Source: the human T2T-CHM13v2.0 reference genome, Homo sapiens. From it: DNA of 64,000 nt. Location of the stretch: the NCBI RefSeq assembly GCF_009914755.1, contig NC_060929.1; one strand, given 5' to 3'. Every line of letters begins with the position of its first letter. Position 1 is the stretch's first letter. Shown piece after piece: positions 12,835-26,075 of the stretch. Below the pieces are notes generated by a model. The model had not been told where the DNA came from. It made no database searches and saw nothing but the letters and a program-made list of their open reading frames with translations. The position numbers and the translations under genes are program-made.

Positions 12835-14311
12835 AAAATAAAAAAGCCACAGGTGGCAGCTCCAGCCATCATGGGTTAAACGTGAGAAAGCAGCAACAGA
12901 TATCCTGAGCCTTTCTCACTACTGTGCTGTGGACTCGGGCACCTGGTGACTGAGCAGATTCAAGGTGACAGGAGGTTAGCAAATCGTGTTTGGCCTCCAG
13001 ATGGAATTTTCTTTGTTATCATATATTTTTTTGTGTGTGGTCCTATTTTCTATACCTTTCTGGCTCCTCGTGAGGCAGATTCTCCAGGAAATTAAGACTT
13101 TATTTTCTAAACCAGTAGCATAGAATAAAAACAGGAATATTTTATCATTGACTGTAGAATGAGTTCAGAGCCATCTGATAGAATTTGAGGCTCAGCAGCC
13201 CGCACCTATGACCTCTGCCCTGAAGAAAATGACCATCCCTTGGACAAGGTTTACTTAGTAGTGTGGACTCTGCCCTTCTAGTGTGTTTCTGTTCCTTCAG
13301 GGCAGGAACCAATGATTGGAGGAACAAAAGTGCATTTGAGAGAAAGAAAACACACTCCTGGCATGAGGCATGATGCCAATGATGAAAGAAACAAAACACA
13401 CTCCCAGCATGAGGCCAATGTGTGTAAGTGCCTTGCAGAAGTCTTAGCACAGACTCTTCCTGTGACTCTGCCAGTCCAGGATCACTGGAATGCAGCAGCC
13501 ATTTCAGCAGCCACCAGAGAGTTGGATCCCGGATGAAGTGACTCAGAGATTCATTTCCTAGGGTCGTCATCTTCCTAGCTGGCCTGTTTAGGGCCCATTT
13601 CTGCCATCCTGAAACTAGACTCTGAAATCTTTGGCGGTGATACGGTTTGGCTCTGTGGCCCCACCCAAATCTCATCTTGTAGCTCCCATAATTCCCATGT
13701 GTCATGGGAGTGTCTAGCTGGGAGATCACTGAATCATGGGGGTGGGTCTTTCCCATGCTGTTCTCATGATAGTGAATAAGTCTTATGAGATCTGATGGTT
13801 TTAAAAACAGGAGTTTCCCTCCACTTGCTGCCATCTGTGTAAGATGTGATTTGCTTCTCCTTGCTTTCTACCATGATTGTGAGGCTTCCCCAGCCACGTG
13901 GAACTGTAAGTCCATTAAACCTCTTTCTTTTGTGAATTGCCCAGTCTCGGGTATGTGTTTATCAGCAGTGTGAAAATGGACTAATACAGGTGACAATGGC
14001 TATTATTTCATTATTTTTCTTTAGAGTATTAGAACCTACTACAGTGCCTGCATGGAGTAAGTGAGAACATATACTCTCCAAACACCAACTGACAAAACAC
14101 AGAAATATGTTCTGCACTAGCTTGCTCTTTCTCTCTTGCTCTCTCGCTGAGCAACCTTCATAATATGTATTAATCCATACAGAGATTTATGTTTCAAAAT
14201 GACCAAGAGTCCACTGCACAGCAGTGAGAAAGGCTTAGGACACCTGTTGCTGCTTTCTCACATTTAACCCAAGGAGATGGCTGGAGCTGCCACCTGTGGC
14301 TTTTTTATTTT
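12835..14311. repeat. Long non-Alu inverted repeat: arms 12835-12936 and 14207-14311
   Basis: By-eye alignment of arm 1 with the reverse complement of arm 2: first 36 nt identical, 7 mismatches and one 3-nt indel overall. Confidence 0.93.
13638..13988 (+). mobile_element. THE1 (A/B-like) MaLR solo LTR
   Basis: tgatacggtttggctctgtg...cccaaatctcatcttgtagctccc...gaaaatggactaataca. Confidence 0.92.
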
Positions 14312-16399
14312 GTAATAATTAGTTATTATCAGTAGTCCTAAAACCATGTCTTCCAATACTTTGTACTCCTGATCGTTTTTAGCAATCTTTGGACTCCTGA
14401 GTTATTCTTACACCCTTTAGCATCTCCATTCGTAAATCTCTCCGTCTATCTTTTCTAAATTGTATGCAGGTTAAATGCAATTTTTGCATACTCCATACCT
14501 CATGACTGCTCTGGATGAGCTCAGGTATTATTGCATACACCTTCTTATTCATTATGAGGCTCACTTATATCATCGTTCACAAAAGTAGTACTTGGTCATC
14601 TTGAAACTTCAAACACCAAGCCAGGATAAACAGCAGAGATTTACAATGCTTCATTCTCCCTCCCAGGCCTGTCTTCCTCTAGTTTCTAGTGTGATTTTGG
14701 CTGACATATTTCTGCGAACTTGAATTATTTTAGCCTTATTGTTATAGAAGTGATTAGTCTCCTTCCAGTAGGGAGTGTAGACATGGAATTTTTTTGTGTT
14801 ATGAAAGATGCAATTTTTATGTCAAAGATAAAACACAAGCTCGACATCATCCCAGCCTGTTAAATTAATCCAGATCTGAGGAAGAACAAGCATTTAAGCT
14901 AGTCTTTATTAAAACACTTGGCTGAGGGATACAGTTGTGACGACAGTTTGCAGGATAATGAATCTTTAAAACAGTGTTAGATTTTGACATTGATAAGTAC
15001 AGTACTTAACATAATTATTATTCCAGATTTCCGCTGGTGAATTTTATTAACGAGTCAAGGAAAAAAATGTTTAGAGGAATATTTACGAGTGGCTATTGCA
15101 AGGAGTGGGTCAGTAAAAAAAGGCAAATGTCAAACCAGATTCTACCCTTTAAAGAGGCATTTAGATCATGATCAAAATCTGGGCTCAGAAGACATAACAC
15201 TTTTATATGAGTGGGCCTCTTGAAAAGATATGAGTGGAATTGTGAATGCTTTATTGAAAAACAGAGGAAAATTTTTCCACTATAGAGCAATGTACTTCAT
15301 CAGCTGACAGAAATGAACATAAAATGTGACAAATTCTATATTAGAAAGAATTGACAGATCTCTCAAAGTTGCTGATGAATAATGGGAAAAATTTAAAATG
15401 TCTTTAAATAAAGTTTGCTTTTGATATGTTTTCATGAAAAATGGTAACTGTTTCTCATGTAAATTAGCATTTATGACTACTGTCTTCTGCCTTTGGTAAC
15501 ATTATTTTTTTTTTCATTTAATTGGGAAATGAACAATATAAGAGGGAAGCCTAGAGCAGGTCAAATCAAGAATATCATTATGCAGAAAAATAGAAATATA
15601 CCAATTTCATGGTATTTCATAGGTGTTGTCTCTATGCAATGACTAGTTTATTTCATATCTTGCTATCTTTCTTTACCCTTGAAACAGAGGATAATGGGCT
15701 AGATTGTCTTCTAAGACTAAAGAAATAACAGCTAATATGATTATCCAGCTGTGAATGGATTTGGAAAATTTGCTTTTCTGATGCCTCAAAGAAAGTTTTG
15801 TGCTTGCTCACTGTTCAGCCTTTCATCATTGAGCACTCTTTGAGTAGAGAGATGAGAAATTTGAAAAGCTGATCTTACCCTATCTGTCTTGCCTGCCACT
15901 CTATGCCTTTCAAGGCAGGAGATTATAAGAACTATGAGACCCAGTTCTGATGCTCTGCAGTCACAACCCCTCTTTCAAGGATGTGGGTAGGGACCCAGAC
16001 ACTCTATGATACCTGCAGCCCTTTACAGCTGCTGAGGTGGGGCATTCAGTACCTGACAAAGATGTGGATAGTTTTGTAGATTACATGGCAGCCAGACTGT
16101 CCATTACATCTGCCCCAAGATTCACAGATTCTACAAATCTCTATCTATATTTATTGTGCTAAAACTAGAGTTGTAAAAATGCAGATCAAAAACACAGAGA
16201 TTCCCAAGCACCTCAAACTTAAATAACAAAGATGATCGTGGTATAAGATGTGAAGCTGTTTTTTCTCTTATTTATGAGTTATCGTTCTGTGTTTTATTAT
16301 ATTATGATGTCTCCTTTGTCAAGATATATATATATCTCTTGCAAGATTACCACAAATATATCTTGCAAGATTATCACCAATGATATATGTATATCATTT

Positions 16400-17460
16400 T
16401 GACTTTTATTTTAGATTCAGAGAGTGATAGGTTTGGGGTATGACTGATCCCATTACCCAGGTACTGAGCATAGCACACAACAGTTTTTCAACTCTTGCCC
16501 CTCTGCCTCTCTCCTCCCTCCTCCCTCTAGTAGTCCCAGTGTCTATCGTCCCATCTTTATGTCCATGAGTACCCAATGTTTAGCTCCTACTTATAAGTGA
16601 GAACATGCAGTATTTGGTTTTCTGTGTTTTGTGTTAATTTGCTTAGGATTATGGCCTCTAGCTGCATCCATGGTGCTGGAAAGGACTGATTTTATTCTTT
16701 TTTATGGCTGCATAGTATCCCATAGTGTATCCATACCACATTTTCTTTAATCAATCCACCATTGATGGGCTTTTAGATAGATTCCATGTCTTTGTGACTG
16801 TGAATAGTGCTGCAATGAACATATGAGTACATGTGTCTTTTTGGTAGAATGATTTATTTTCTTCTAGATATATACCCAGTAATGGGATTGCCAGGTGGAA
16901 TGGTAGTTCTGTTTTAAGTTCTTCAGGAAATTTCCACATGGCCTTCCACAGTGGCTGAACTAATTTACATTTCCACCAACAGTATATACATTCCCTTTCC
17001 TCCACAGCCTTACCAGCATGTGTGTTTTTTTGACTGTTTTAATACTAGTTATTCTGACTGGTGTGAAATGGTATGTCATTGTGGTTTCAGTTTGCATTTC
17101 TAATGATTAGTCATATTGAGCATTTTTAAAATATGTTTGTTGGTGGCTTGTAAGTCTTCTTTTGAGAAGTATCTGTTTATGTCTTTTTCCCATTTTTAAT
17201 GGGATTATTTGTTTTTTGTTTGTTAAATTGTTTAAATTTCTTATAGATTCTGGATACTAGACCTTTGTCAGATGCATAGTTTGCAAATAATTTCTCCCAT
17301 TCTGTAGGCTGTGTGTTTACAATGTTATTATTTTCTATTGCTGTACAGAAGCTCTTTAGTTTAATTAGGTCCCACTTGTCAGTTTTTGTTTTTGTTGCAA
17401 TTGGTTTTGAGGACATAGTCATAAATTATTTCCCAAGCTGATGTCCAGAATGCTGTTTCC
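16400..17460 (-). mobile_element. L1 3' end (old primate L1PA/L1PB): 3'UTR and ORF2 C-terminal remnant
   Basis: Minus-strand peptides CWWKCKLVQPLWK...AIPLLGIY...CTHMFIAALFT and [13 protein letters not shown]...[21 protein letters not shown] are L1 ORF2p motifs. Confidence 0.95.
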
Positions 17461-17835
17461 AGATACTATACAAAATGAACATCACCAATGCATATAGTCA
17501 CCAGACTGTCCAAGGTCAACATTAAATAAAAAATTTTAATGGCAACTAGAGAAAAAGATCAGATCATGTACAAATGAATTCCCATGAGGCTAATAGCAGA
17601 CTTGACTTTTTAGCAGGAGAAATTGGGGGCCTCTTTTCAACATTCTTAAAGAAAGAAATTCCAACAAAGAATTTCATATCTCACCAAACTAAGTTTCATA
17701 ATCAAAGGAGAAATAAAATATTTTCCAGACAAGCAGGCACTAAGGGAATTCGTTACCATTAGACCAGCCTTTCAAGAGCTCATTAAGGGAGTTCTAAATG
17801 TGGAAATGAAAGAACCATACCTACTAACAAAAAAC
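17461..17835 (+). mobile_element. L1 ORF1 3' portion, inverted relative to the adjacent 3' piece
   Basis: caaactaagtttcataatcaaaggagaaataaaatattttccagacaagc...gaattcgttaccattagaccagcc...caagagctc matches the L1 ORF1 C-terminal coding region. Confidence 0.85.
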
Positions 17836-18959
17836 ACTCTTCAGTATATTTTTCTAATTAGAATTTTTTTTATTTTTTTAAATCCTTTTTCTTTGTCTAC
17901 AGAGACTGTGGTAGGATTTTTTTTTCAGATTTTCAAATGTATTTCTTTAGCCTTCCCATTCAGAAATGTTGGATTTTTCTATTTATGAAAATATGCCATT
18001 AAATCCATCAGCATGCTTTTAGTGTTTTCTCTGCAGTTTCTAAATAATTTAAATGTCTATTCTAAAAATTTTATAGGTTAGCATGCTGTAGCAAACAGAT
18101 TAATTTTTTCAGCATGAATTTTACCTGATTATAAATAATATCCAGTAATACTGTTGGGACGTACATTTATCTTGTATCCAGACACTCAGTAAATTCTCTA
18201 TTCACTCTAGTGCTTTCTACCTGAGCTCATATGCATTACTCTTCCACAAACTACACTTTTTTGTTTTCATCCCCTGAAATTTTTATATTTTCTGATATCC
18301 AGAGATACCAAAGCTGTGTTGAATGACATTATTCTATGGAGCAGATTTGTTAGGTCTGTGCTTACAGGAAAGGCTCATCATTTTGGTTTCATTTCTTTTT
18401 TTTTTCCACAATAAAATTTATAACACCTTAACAATATTTTGGTGATTTTTTTTTCTAGCTTCTTTAAACATTTATCTTTTAATCCATGACATTTTGATTT
18501 ACTTCCAAATCTAAACATAGTTTGCTTTTTGGAGAAATAAATATAGTCCATTTTTATTTGTGGTAAGAATTGTTATGCCATATCTAGTGTCTCTCATTCT
18601 GTTTCCTGATACTTAGTGTTGTTTCCTAGTCTTTCTAAATTTTATTTTAGTTTTTTTTTAATCTCAACTAGTGAGGGACTAATTTTTTAAAATAATAATC
18701 ACATTCCATTGTGTGTTTTCTTTTAAAGTATTATTTTTAAGACCTCTTTTCTTTTTCTGACATGTCTTCTGAGCATCTTAGAATACCTTACCACATTTTA
18801 ACAATATAATTATTTTTTATTAAATGGCTCCAATAATGCATGTCTGTGTTATCCCTTGCTGATACACATTCCAGTTTCTCTTATTTTAAAATAAATAAAC
18901 TAAAAAAGTTATATTTTCTTAAATATCTCACAAATAGTGTCTTCATTCTTGATTCCTTT

Positions 18960-19750
18960 CACTCACCACTAAATTTCTTGAAAAAGTAGTTACTTTTCTT
19001 TTTTGTCTTTCCTCAATACTTACCCACTTCTTAACTTTGCTGTTGAACTGCCATCTAAATTCACCGTTCAACTGAAAACACTTCCTAAATTTAAAGGCAT
19101 TTTCCATCCTCCTCCTTGATTTCCTCAGTGTTTCCTTCTGCTACCCACATTTTTGTCTACTTGGGGAAAAACTATTCTTGAGGCATCACCTGGTACCAGT
19201 TCAGTTCTCTGACTTCTTTTTTCCTCTCCTTGTCCTTTGGAGACACCGTTTCTATTCCTACCCACCAAACACACACATTCTCTAGGACTCTGCACAGGGG
19301 CACATTTTCTCCATATTTATGTTGGCCAGCTTTTAGCCCATCATACATTTTTAGTCACCCTGTCTGGATTATTGGCTTTCAATTCAGTAATTCCTGTACC
19401 TTGTCTTGAGTTTCAGATCTATATTTCATTAACACCATAAACTCAGAATGTTCAAACACCGTTTTTGCCCAAATGCCATTCTTCGGTCACCCTCTCTATT
19501 TCTGTGAATGACTACACCTTTTTCTCTCCCACCCAAACTCTAAACCTCCCTTTTTGGCTTTCACTTTCTTTTCTTGTCCCCCATACAATTAATTGCTCTG
19601 TTATATAATTCTTTGTATATATCGTAGTTTCTATTTGCCATTCCCAAAGCTACACCCTTAGCTTAAGTTTTCATACACTCCGCCCCACCAAATTCTTGCC
19701 ATACAGTAGTATCATATTAATCCTCCCAAGGCACAGTTAGTCTCAGAACA
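18960..19750 (+). mobile_element. Degraded LINE-2
   Basis: Pyrimidine-rich, with L2-like motifs (tttcttgaaaaagtag, aaactcagaatgttcaaa). Confidence 0.55.
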
Positions 19751-19899
19751 AGGGCGAGTCTGTTAACACCCTAGTTAATAATGCAGTGCCCTTAACTGAT
19801 GTTCTTCTTTGAATCATTTGTTGAGAGGGACAATTCTGTCCTTGTTATGAGCATGGCTGTAGTTTCATGCTCTTTGGTTGTGAATCCTTAGAAACCCTT

Positions 19900-20010
19900 G
19901 ATAACTGTGTGTCCTTAGGAAAGTTACTTCATCATTCAAGTCCTTGGTTTCCTTATCTGTAGAGCAGAGATAATAACATTACCTGCCTTAGTCAAGTTGT
20001 GGGCATCTTA
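19900..20010 (+). mobile_element. MIR
   Basis: tgtgtccttaggaaagttactt...ggtttccttatctgtagag...ataataacattacctgcct core. Confidence 0.7.
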
Positions 20011-20569
20011 CACATTTTTATAGTCACTCAAGGTGCATGTGCTTATTAAAGATATATATTTTTTGAATTGCAAATGGCCTAAAGAAAGTCCATGGGAAGT
20101 AGCCAGTGCTTTATATCAGGATAGATGGATGGCTGAGGCCTAAGTGGTGTGTTCCTGGATTCACTGGAAAGTTTCAAAAAGTGATAATAAAAGCGGAGCC
20201 GGCATTTGCACCTTCAAAGTCCTTGGAAAAGAAAGCTGGCCCAATCCATAAAGGCCAGGATATACTTTTTCAGCCAACAGACAATGAAGAAAGAGACACT
20301 GAAGAGCAGTAAGATTAAAGGACATTCAACCTTCATTACCAATGAGACAATGTCCAGTGTGGTATAAGAACTTTGGGAAGGAGGATGACTGGTTGGATCA
20401 CCAGGTTACCAGTGAGTGAACAAATTCCTAATCAAATACATTAATTTCTGCCCAGTAACAACTTTATCCCCATCCTTCTTTACATCACTATTTACAGACA
20501 TTTGTTTATGTTGAAAAAAAATGAGGAAATGATAAGATGCTCCCCTTATGAGCCTGAGTCTTCACTTAT

Positions 20570-20880
20570 TCAACAGGCTTTCCAAATAACCATGCTAGAC
20601 TCATTGCTGTGCTGCTACTATTTCAGTGTTAGGGATAAAGAAAGGAATCCTAACAGCTTCTAGAGAGAAAATAACTAGGTTATCTGCCATGGGACAAGAG
20701 TCAGATTTGCATTTTGCATAAACAACACCAGTTGTCAAAAAACAATAAAGCAAACATCTTAAAAATACTTAAGTATGTTGCACTTCAATTTATATGCGAA
20801 GTCAAACTACTGTTTGTAAATAAGGTTAAAACAAAGACTTTCAGGCAAATGTGGATTCAGAAAATGCAACTTCCGCACAT
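20570..20880 (+). mobile_element. Ancient L1/HAL1 ORF1-like remnant
   Basis: gggataaagaaaggaatcctaacagcttctagagagaaaa...agagtcagattt resembles old L1 ORF1. Confidence 0.5.
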
Positions 20881-22112
20881 CTATTATGGCATGGCATTTG
20901 TGGATTCCTCCAGTGAAACAAAAATGAATTCAAACAAAAGAGAAAAAATGTTGGGATTTTTAAAAAAAACGTTGGAAGCAAAGAAACGAGTAAAACTTGA
21001 TTAAGACTAAATAATTGTAGTTACCTAATGTAAAAATAACACTGTTAATTAAAACAGCAAGAATAACAAAGCCAGAAATTGTTTTTAATCAAATGATTTT
21101 ACCTTGAGAGGTATTGAGGTAATGGACATATTTTCTAGGAGAACTTATTATTTATATATATAAAGAAATATATATATATATAGTACAAATACACATATTT
21201 ATAGAAATAGTTTATCTCACTGCTTTAAATCACAGTAAATGCTTTACTTTTAATTTCATACAGCTTTAAAGGAGAAAATTAGATTTTTATATTCATCAAA
21301 GAGGATTATGGGTTAATAAGCTTAAAAGACCCTCTTATAATGGTAATTCAACATTCAGTGTGAAGGAGAAAGGCATAGTTTATACAAGGACAAGACCTCT
21401 CCTTGAATTATGCAGTTTAGTACTCTGAGCCTTCACTATTTTCTTCCGTCTATGTGCAATGAAATTTCAGTTTTAGGACCAGGTAAATAGTGCTTATTAC
21501 ATTTAAGCTGTGAAAGCCAGAATTCCCTGAAGCACATCGTACAGCTCAGCATTGTTGGTATTTGTGTTTTCATAGCATGTTTCATCTGAGGGAACCAAGT
21601 TCTGCATAAATATAACGAATTTCACATTCCATAAAATGATCCCATATTGTTATATTATCACCAGCAAGGCATAGGGTGGAGAATTACCGGGTTTTCGAGA
21701 AAAGCTTGAGCAAATGGGCAATTTCGGCCACCATCTTGAAGGCCAGACTCAAGGACAGGTTTTATTTGGGAACACTTGGTCTTGGGATTGCCTGCGTTCG
21801 CTGCCCCATGTTCCAGCATCATCCTCTGATGTGTTCAATCTGAACCAGTTCCCCATAAAAAGTTATTGTAGGAAAGTTTTGTGCCCTGAAGAAAGGTGAG
21901 ACCTTCATCCTATTCAGGATTCCCTCACTGAGCAGACTCTTTCCTTGTCCTTCTTCAGAGATGTGCAAATGTGCCTTTCAGCTTCTAACACACGCCTTTC
22001 AGCTCTGCCTGATATGTGACCAACCCTGGATTTTTGGTTCTGTTCATTTGGGGTTTTGTTCTGTTTGGTTGATTTTTAACACTCTGTGCCTCAGTTTTCT
22101 GACCTGTAACAT

Positions 22113-22263
22113 GTAAGTAATGATAATATCTGCCCCAGAGAAATCTTCCCGAGACAAATTGTAGGCATGAGAGTCACAGAGCAGGCCACGTAAGCAATGA
22201 TAATATCTGCCACACAAGATTCTTCCTGAGACAAATTGCAGGTATCAGAGACTTAGAGCAGGC
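22113..22263. repeat. Diverged 77-bp tandem duplication (2 copies) overlapping a MIR end
   Basis: gtaag[t/c]aatgataatatctgcc...gagacaaattg[t/c]agg...agagcaggc at 22113 and 22190. Confidence 0.9.
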
Positions 22264-24429
22264 TTAGCAGCCAGCACACAGTGCATGTGGGCCCTGTGTG
22301 CTTGCAGAGGTTCGACCCCCATCTCCACCTGCTTTCCATGACCTGTGAATGGATGGTTTTGCACCAAAATTCATGTACCATACACACCTCAGAAATAGCC
22401 CTAAATATTTGGGAAAAGGTAGCCCCAAAGGAAGCTTTTGGAAATGTTCAATGCTCGTTGACACATCTTAAAAATTAAGAAAATGGCAACTAGAGGAAGA
22501 TCAAGAAGTACTGAGAATGAAGGTTATAAACCAGCTAGTGTGTTGCCAGGCATTTGGCCTTTTACTCTAGACTTCTCTTCCTTTTTCACCATCATTTGGC
22601 AAAATTTAGAAATTTAAACATCTACAAAGACTCATCAATCCTATCTGCTGTAGGTACAACTGTCCTTGACTTTCATGTTTTCTAATATTCTCTTTTCCCC
22701 TCTGTATTGAAATATTTCAGACTTAAAGTATAAAGCAAAAGAACAAATAAGCGGACCTTCTCCTTTTCTTCCTCCGTCCGATTAAAGGAGCCTGGGGAAA
22801 AGGCGCAATGCCAAGAGGGATTTAAATGCGCTCTGGACTTCAGTTTCCTCCTGCATAAAATGAGGATTCTAGACCTTATCATAATAGGTTTTCTTCCAGC
22901 CTTAATAGTCCATGAGATTTCACATTTTTCTGGTATTATTTTCAATCTGTTAGAAGCCTTCAAAGAAAATTATATGACTGGTTGCCTTTTTTTTCTTTTC
23001 AGTTTTACTGTATCTCCAATTTTGACTGTAATTTTCAGGTATTTTCTATGAATCCTTTCACTCCTTCCTATCTTTTCTATCTTGTGGGCAGAATGTTCAA
23101 TTCTTTTGGCACATTACTCACATCCTAGCTAATTATTTTCAGTAACTAAATACTCATGTGTGCTCATTATAAAAAACTCTTCAGAGCAAAGCATAAGAAT
23201 ATAAGTTTCTTAAGTGAAACTTCTTTGCATTTACGGGGAAGAATACTATGACATGATGGGAAAATAAGATTTTGCCTAGAAATATGTTCTACCATTAATA
23301 TTATCAGTTGCGGTCCAAGAACCTCACTATTCTTCATACTAGTGTTTCAAGTAATAAGCACTCACTGCAACAAATGCCATGGCAATAGAAAAAGCCAGGG
23401 TCTCCTAATGATTTAAGAAAAACTTTGCCAAGTAAAATCCCTGCGGGGTTAGAAACACTGACTTACTGTGAGAATTGAAATATATAAATATGTATACAAT
23501 ATACCAGTCTCAGGTCATAACATCCAGAAAATATTAACTATCGATAAAATGAATTAAAATCATTTTGTATCATTTAATATGATTTTGATAAGCAAAAAAG
23601 GCATTATTTTAAATTTGTGAAGTGAGTCATTTCTTTCATTGTAGGCAAAATAGATTTTCTGTCACATTCTGAAAAATAATAGAATTGGAAGAAGGTCTTT
23701 TGCCCATGGTTATGGCTTAGGCAAACAGTGATAGCTCAGAAGATAAGCTATAGAACTTAGTGGACATAAAACCTGTCTCATAAATTTGAGAGCTCTGTGA
23801 TACATCAGTTCTTCGGCTAAGAAAATGCTATCATTTTTACATCTTCAGGGTTACATAGTGGGATCCACTTTTAGAGATATAGCCTCACTAAAAGAATTTC
23901 TTTGTTCTTTTTTCTAACAATATGAAAACTTTTAAAATATGAAAAGCATAAGTAATGCCATTTTCCTGCTCTGCTTCTCATTTGGGTAACAACTGAGTAA
24001 AATGCTTCCCTTTATCTCCTAGAACCACAAATATTGTGTTGATGTGAATTGGAACATTGATATTAAAAACAATTTTGGTTGCTTGCATTCTGATTTGCCA
24101 TAAGATTAAGCCTGGACATTTGAGCTCTCTGGACATTGCATTTATTTATGGATGCATCATCAGTTTATAGCAAGCACAGCTGAGCTCTCAATGTTCTTCA
24201 TTAAACATGGTAAACTTAACAAATTCTAAGAGTCTGGAGGATCTAAACAGCTCTTACTAAGCTACCTACTAGCATGTACATTTCTAGAGAGAGGAAGAGA
24301 AGAATGAAAGTACATATTTTTTCTTCTGTTTATTGTATTTATGTGGGAGAATAAAAGCTGCAGACCACAGCATGCAGTGCTTCAGAGGGAGAGGACTTGG
24401 CAGGATGCCTTGCTTGCCTGACCCCTCTG

Positions 24430-25030
24430 AAGGCCAGAGTGTACCAGGGCTTAGGTCTCCAGTCTGTTCTCTGCCATTTACCCTTAGGGATCTCACCCAT
24501 TCTTACTGCTTTACAACCGTCTACACACTAATAACTCCATAGCTCCTATCTCTCCCCTGAAATCCAGACTCAAAGTCCAACTGTTTAGTATAGTCTTCAT
24601 TTGAATTAATGAATATCTCAAACAAAACATGACCAAAATAGAGCTCTTGATGGCCTCCTAAACCAACTTTCCCCCTCTTTACCCCTCTAGGTAAATGATA
24701 CTCCATTTACCCACTTTCCCAGGCCAGAACTCTAGGAGGAGCCATACTGGACTTTTTCCTCTCACTCCTCGTATCCAAGCCATCTGCAGATGGCCCCAGT
24801 TCTACCTTCAAAGTAAACCCAAAGACACTATTCCTTCCCCCTTACCATCCTCATCCAAGCCAGCATTCTTCTCCCTGGACCTCAGCACTCACTGAATTGT
24901 CCTTGTTCACACTCCTGCCTACCTAATGTATCCACTATACAGCAGCCACATTGAGCCTTTAAAATAGTTCATTAACTGGCATTACTCTCATCTTAACCCC
25001 AGGGAGTGAAACCCAAAGCCATCACTTTGG
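24430..25030 (+). mobile_element. LINE-2 fragment
   Basis: gatctcacccattct, ctcaaacaaaacatgaccaaaatagagctcttgat, tctaccttcaaa motifs. Confidence 0.75.
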
Positions 25031-25054
25031 TCACAAGTCCACGTGCAGGCACAG

Positions 25055-25055
<1 letters not shown>

Positions 25056-25081
<26 letters not shown>
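25056..25081. repeat. (CA)n microsatellite
   Basis: Direct read. Confidence 0.95.
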
Positions 25082-25085
<4 letters not shown>

Positions 25086-26075
25086 CACATTCTCCTCCTT
25101 GTCACACTTCCTTTATTTCACTGTCCCTGAGTGTGCAGGCTCAGAAATGAAAACTGTCTAGAATGATAGCCACCACTATGAGGCCATTGGTGTATGACAG
25201 CTGCCATTACCATAAATATTAATTTATATCCTTTGGTCTTTTGGACCTCATGAGAAGAATTAGATTCGATTAAGTAAAATTCAGGGATAGTAATGTCTTA
25301 AAAAATACTTTACAGTACGAACTATATAAGTGGAATGTAGATTTGAGTAGCAGAAGTGCACCTCCAGACACAGGATGGAGGAACCCCACAGAGGCCTTCC
25401 TCCTTCCTGAGCCCACTGCGTGGGAGCCTCTGTGACTTTCCTTTCTATGTTCTTGCCCCCCGGACAGTGGCTTGCGATTTCTGTATGTTCCAGTATTGCT
25501 GCTGCTGTTTTTCTAAATGAAATAATGAGGACAGAGTGTGAACTGTGATTTTCTCTTAAAAATTTCAATTCTTTTGAGCCTTATGGAGTAAGGGTCAATT
25601 TAAAAAGAAAATAGAGTTGAACAAAGACATGTTTTCCCCATATCCTAACAAAATGGAATTGAGCAAGGCGGGATGGCTTCTGGAACAGAAATCATTCTCT
25701 GTTTGTAGGGCGGTTGCCCAGGGAGTAATGTTTGCATAAATGGGTGCTGATTTACTGACAAGACGTTGCTCGGTGGTTAGGTTACCACTCCTTGGTGACT
25801 TGGCAGAGGGGAGGCCTGTGGAGAGGAATGCAGCCTGGGATTCATCCAGCAGCTCTGCAACTCTGCTTCTTCTAGATTATGTAGCTGCCTGCATGATCAG
25901 TGGCAGGTACGCATCCCAACCCAGGGGTCCTAATTTGAAACCCAGCATCAAAGCATTCTTCTTTAAAACTGTTTGTCCAGCAAGCGTATCCGAGGCACCA
26001 AAGATAGAGGAAACAATACAAAAAAGTGCAATTTGTTTGATGGCCAATTCTTCTAGTAAATTTTGATTTCATGTC

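Noticed and set aside
13145-13834. Longest ORF in the track (229 aa, minus strand)
   Set aside because: Starts inside the antisense THE1 LTR, resembles no protein I know, and shows no supporting gene structure.
16751-17422. L1 ORF2p-like peptides as an active reverse transcriptase gene
   Set aside because: Short, frameshifted C-terminal remnants only; no EN or RT domain.
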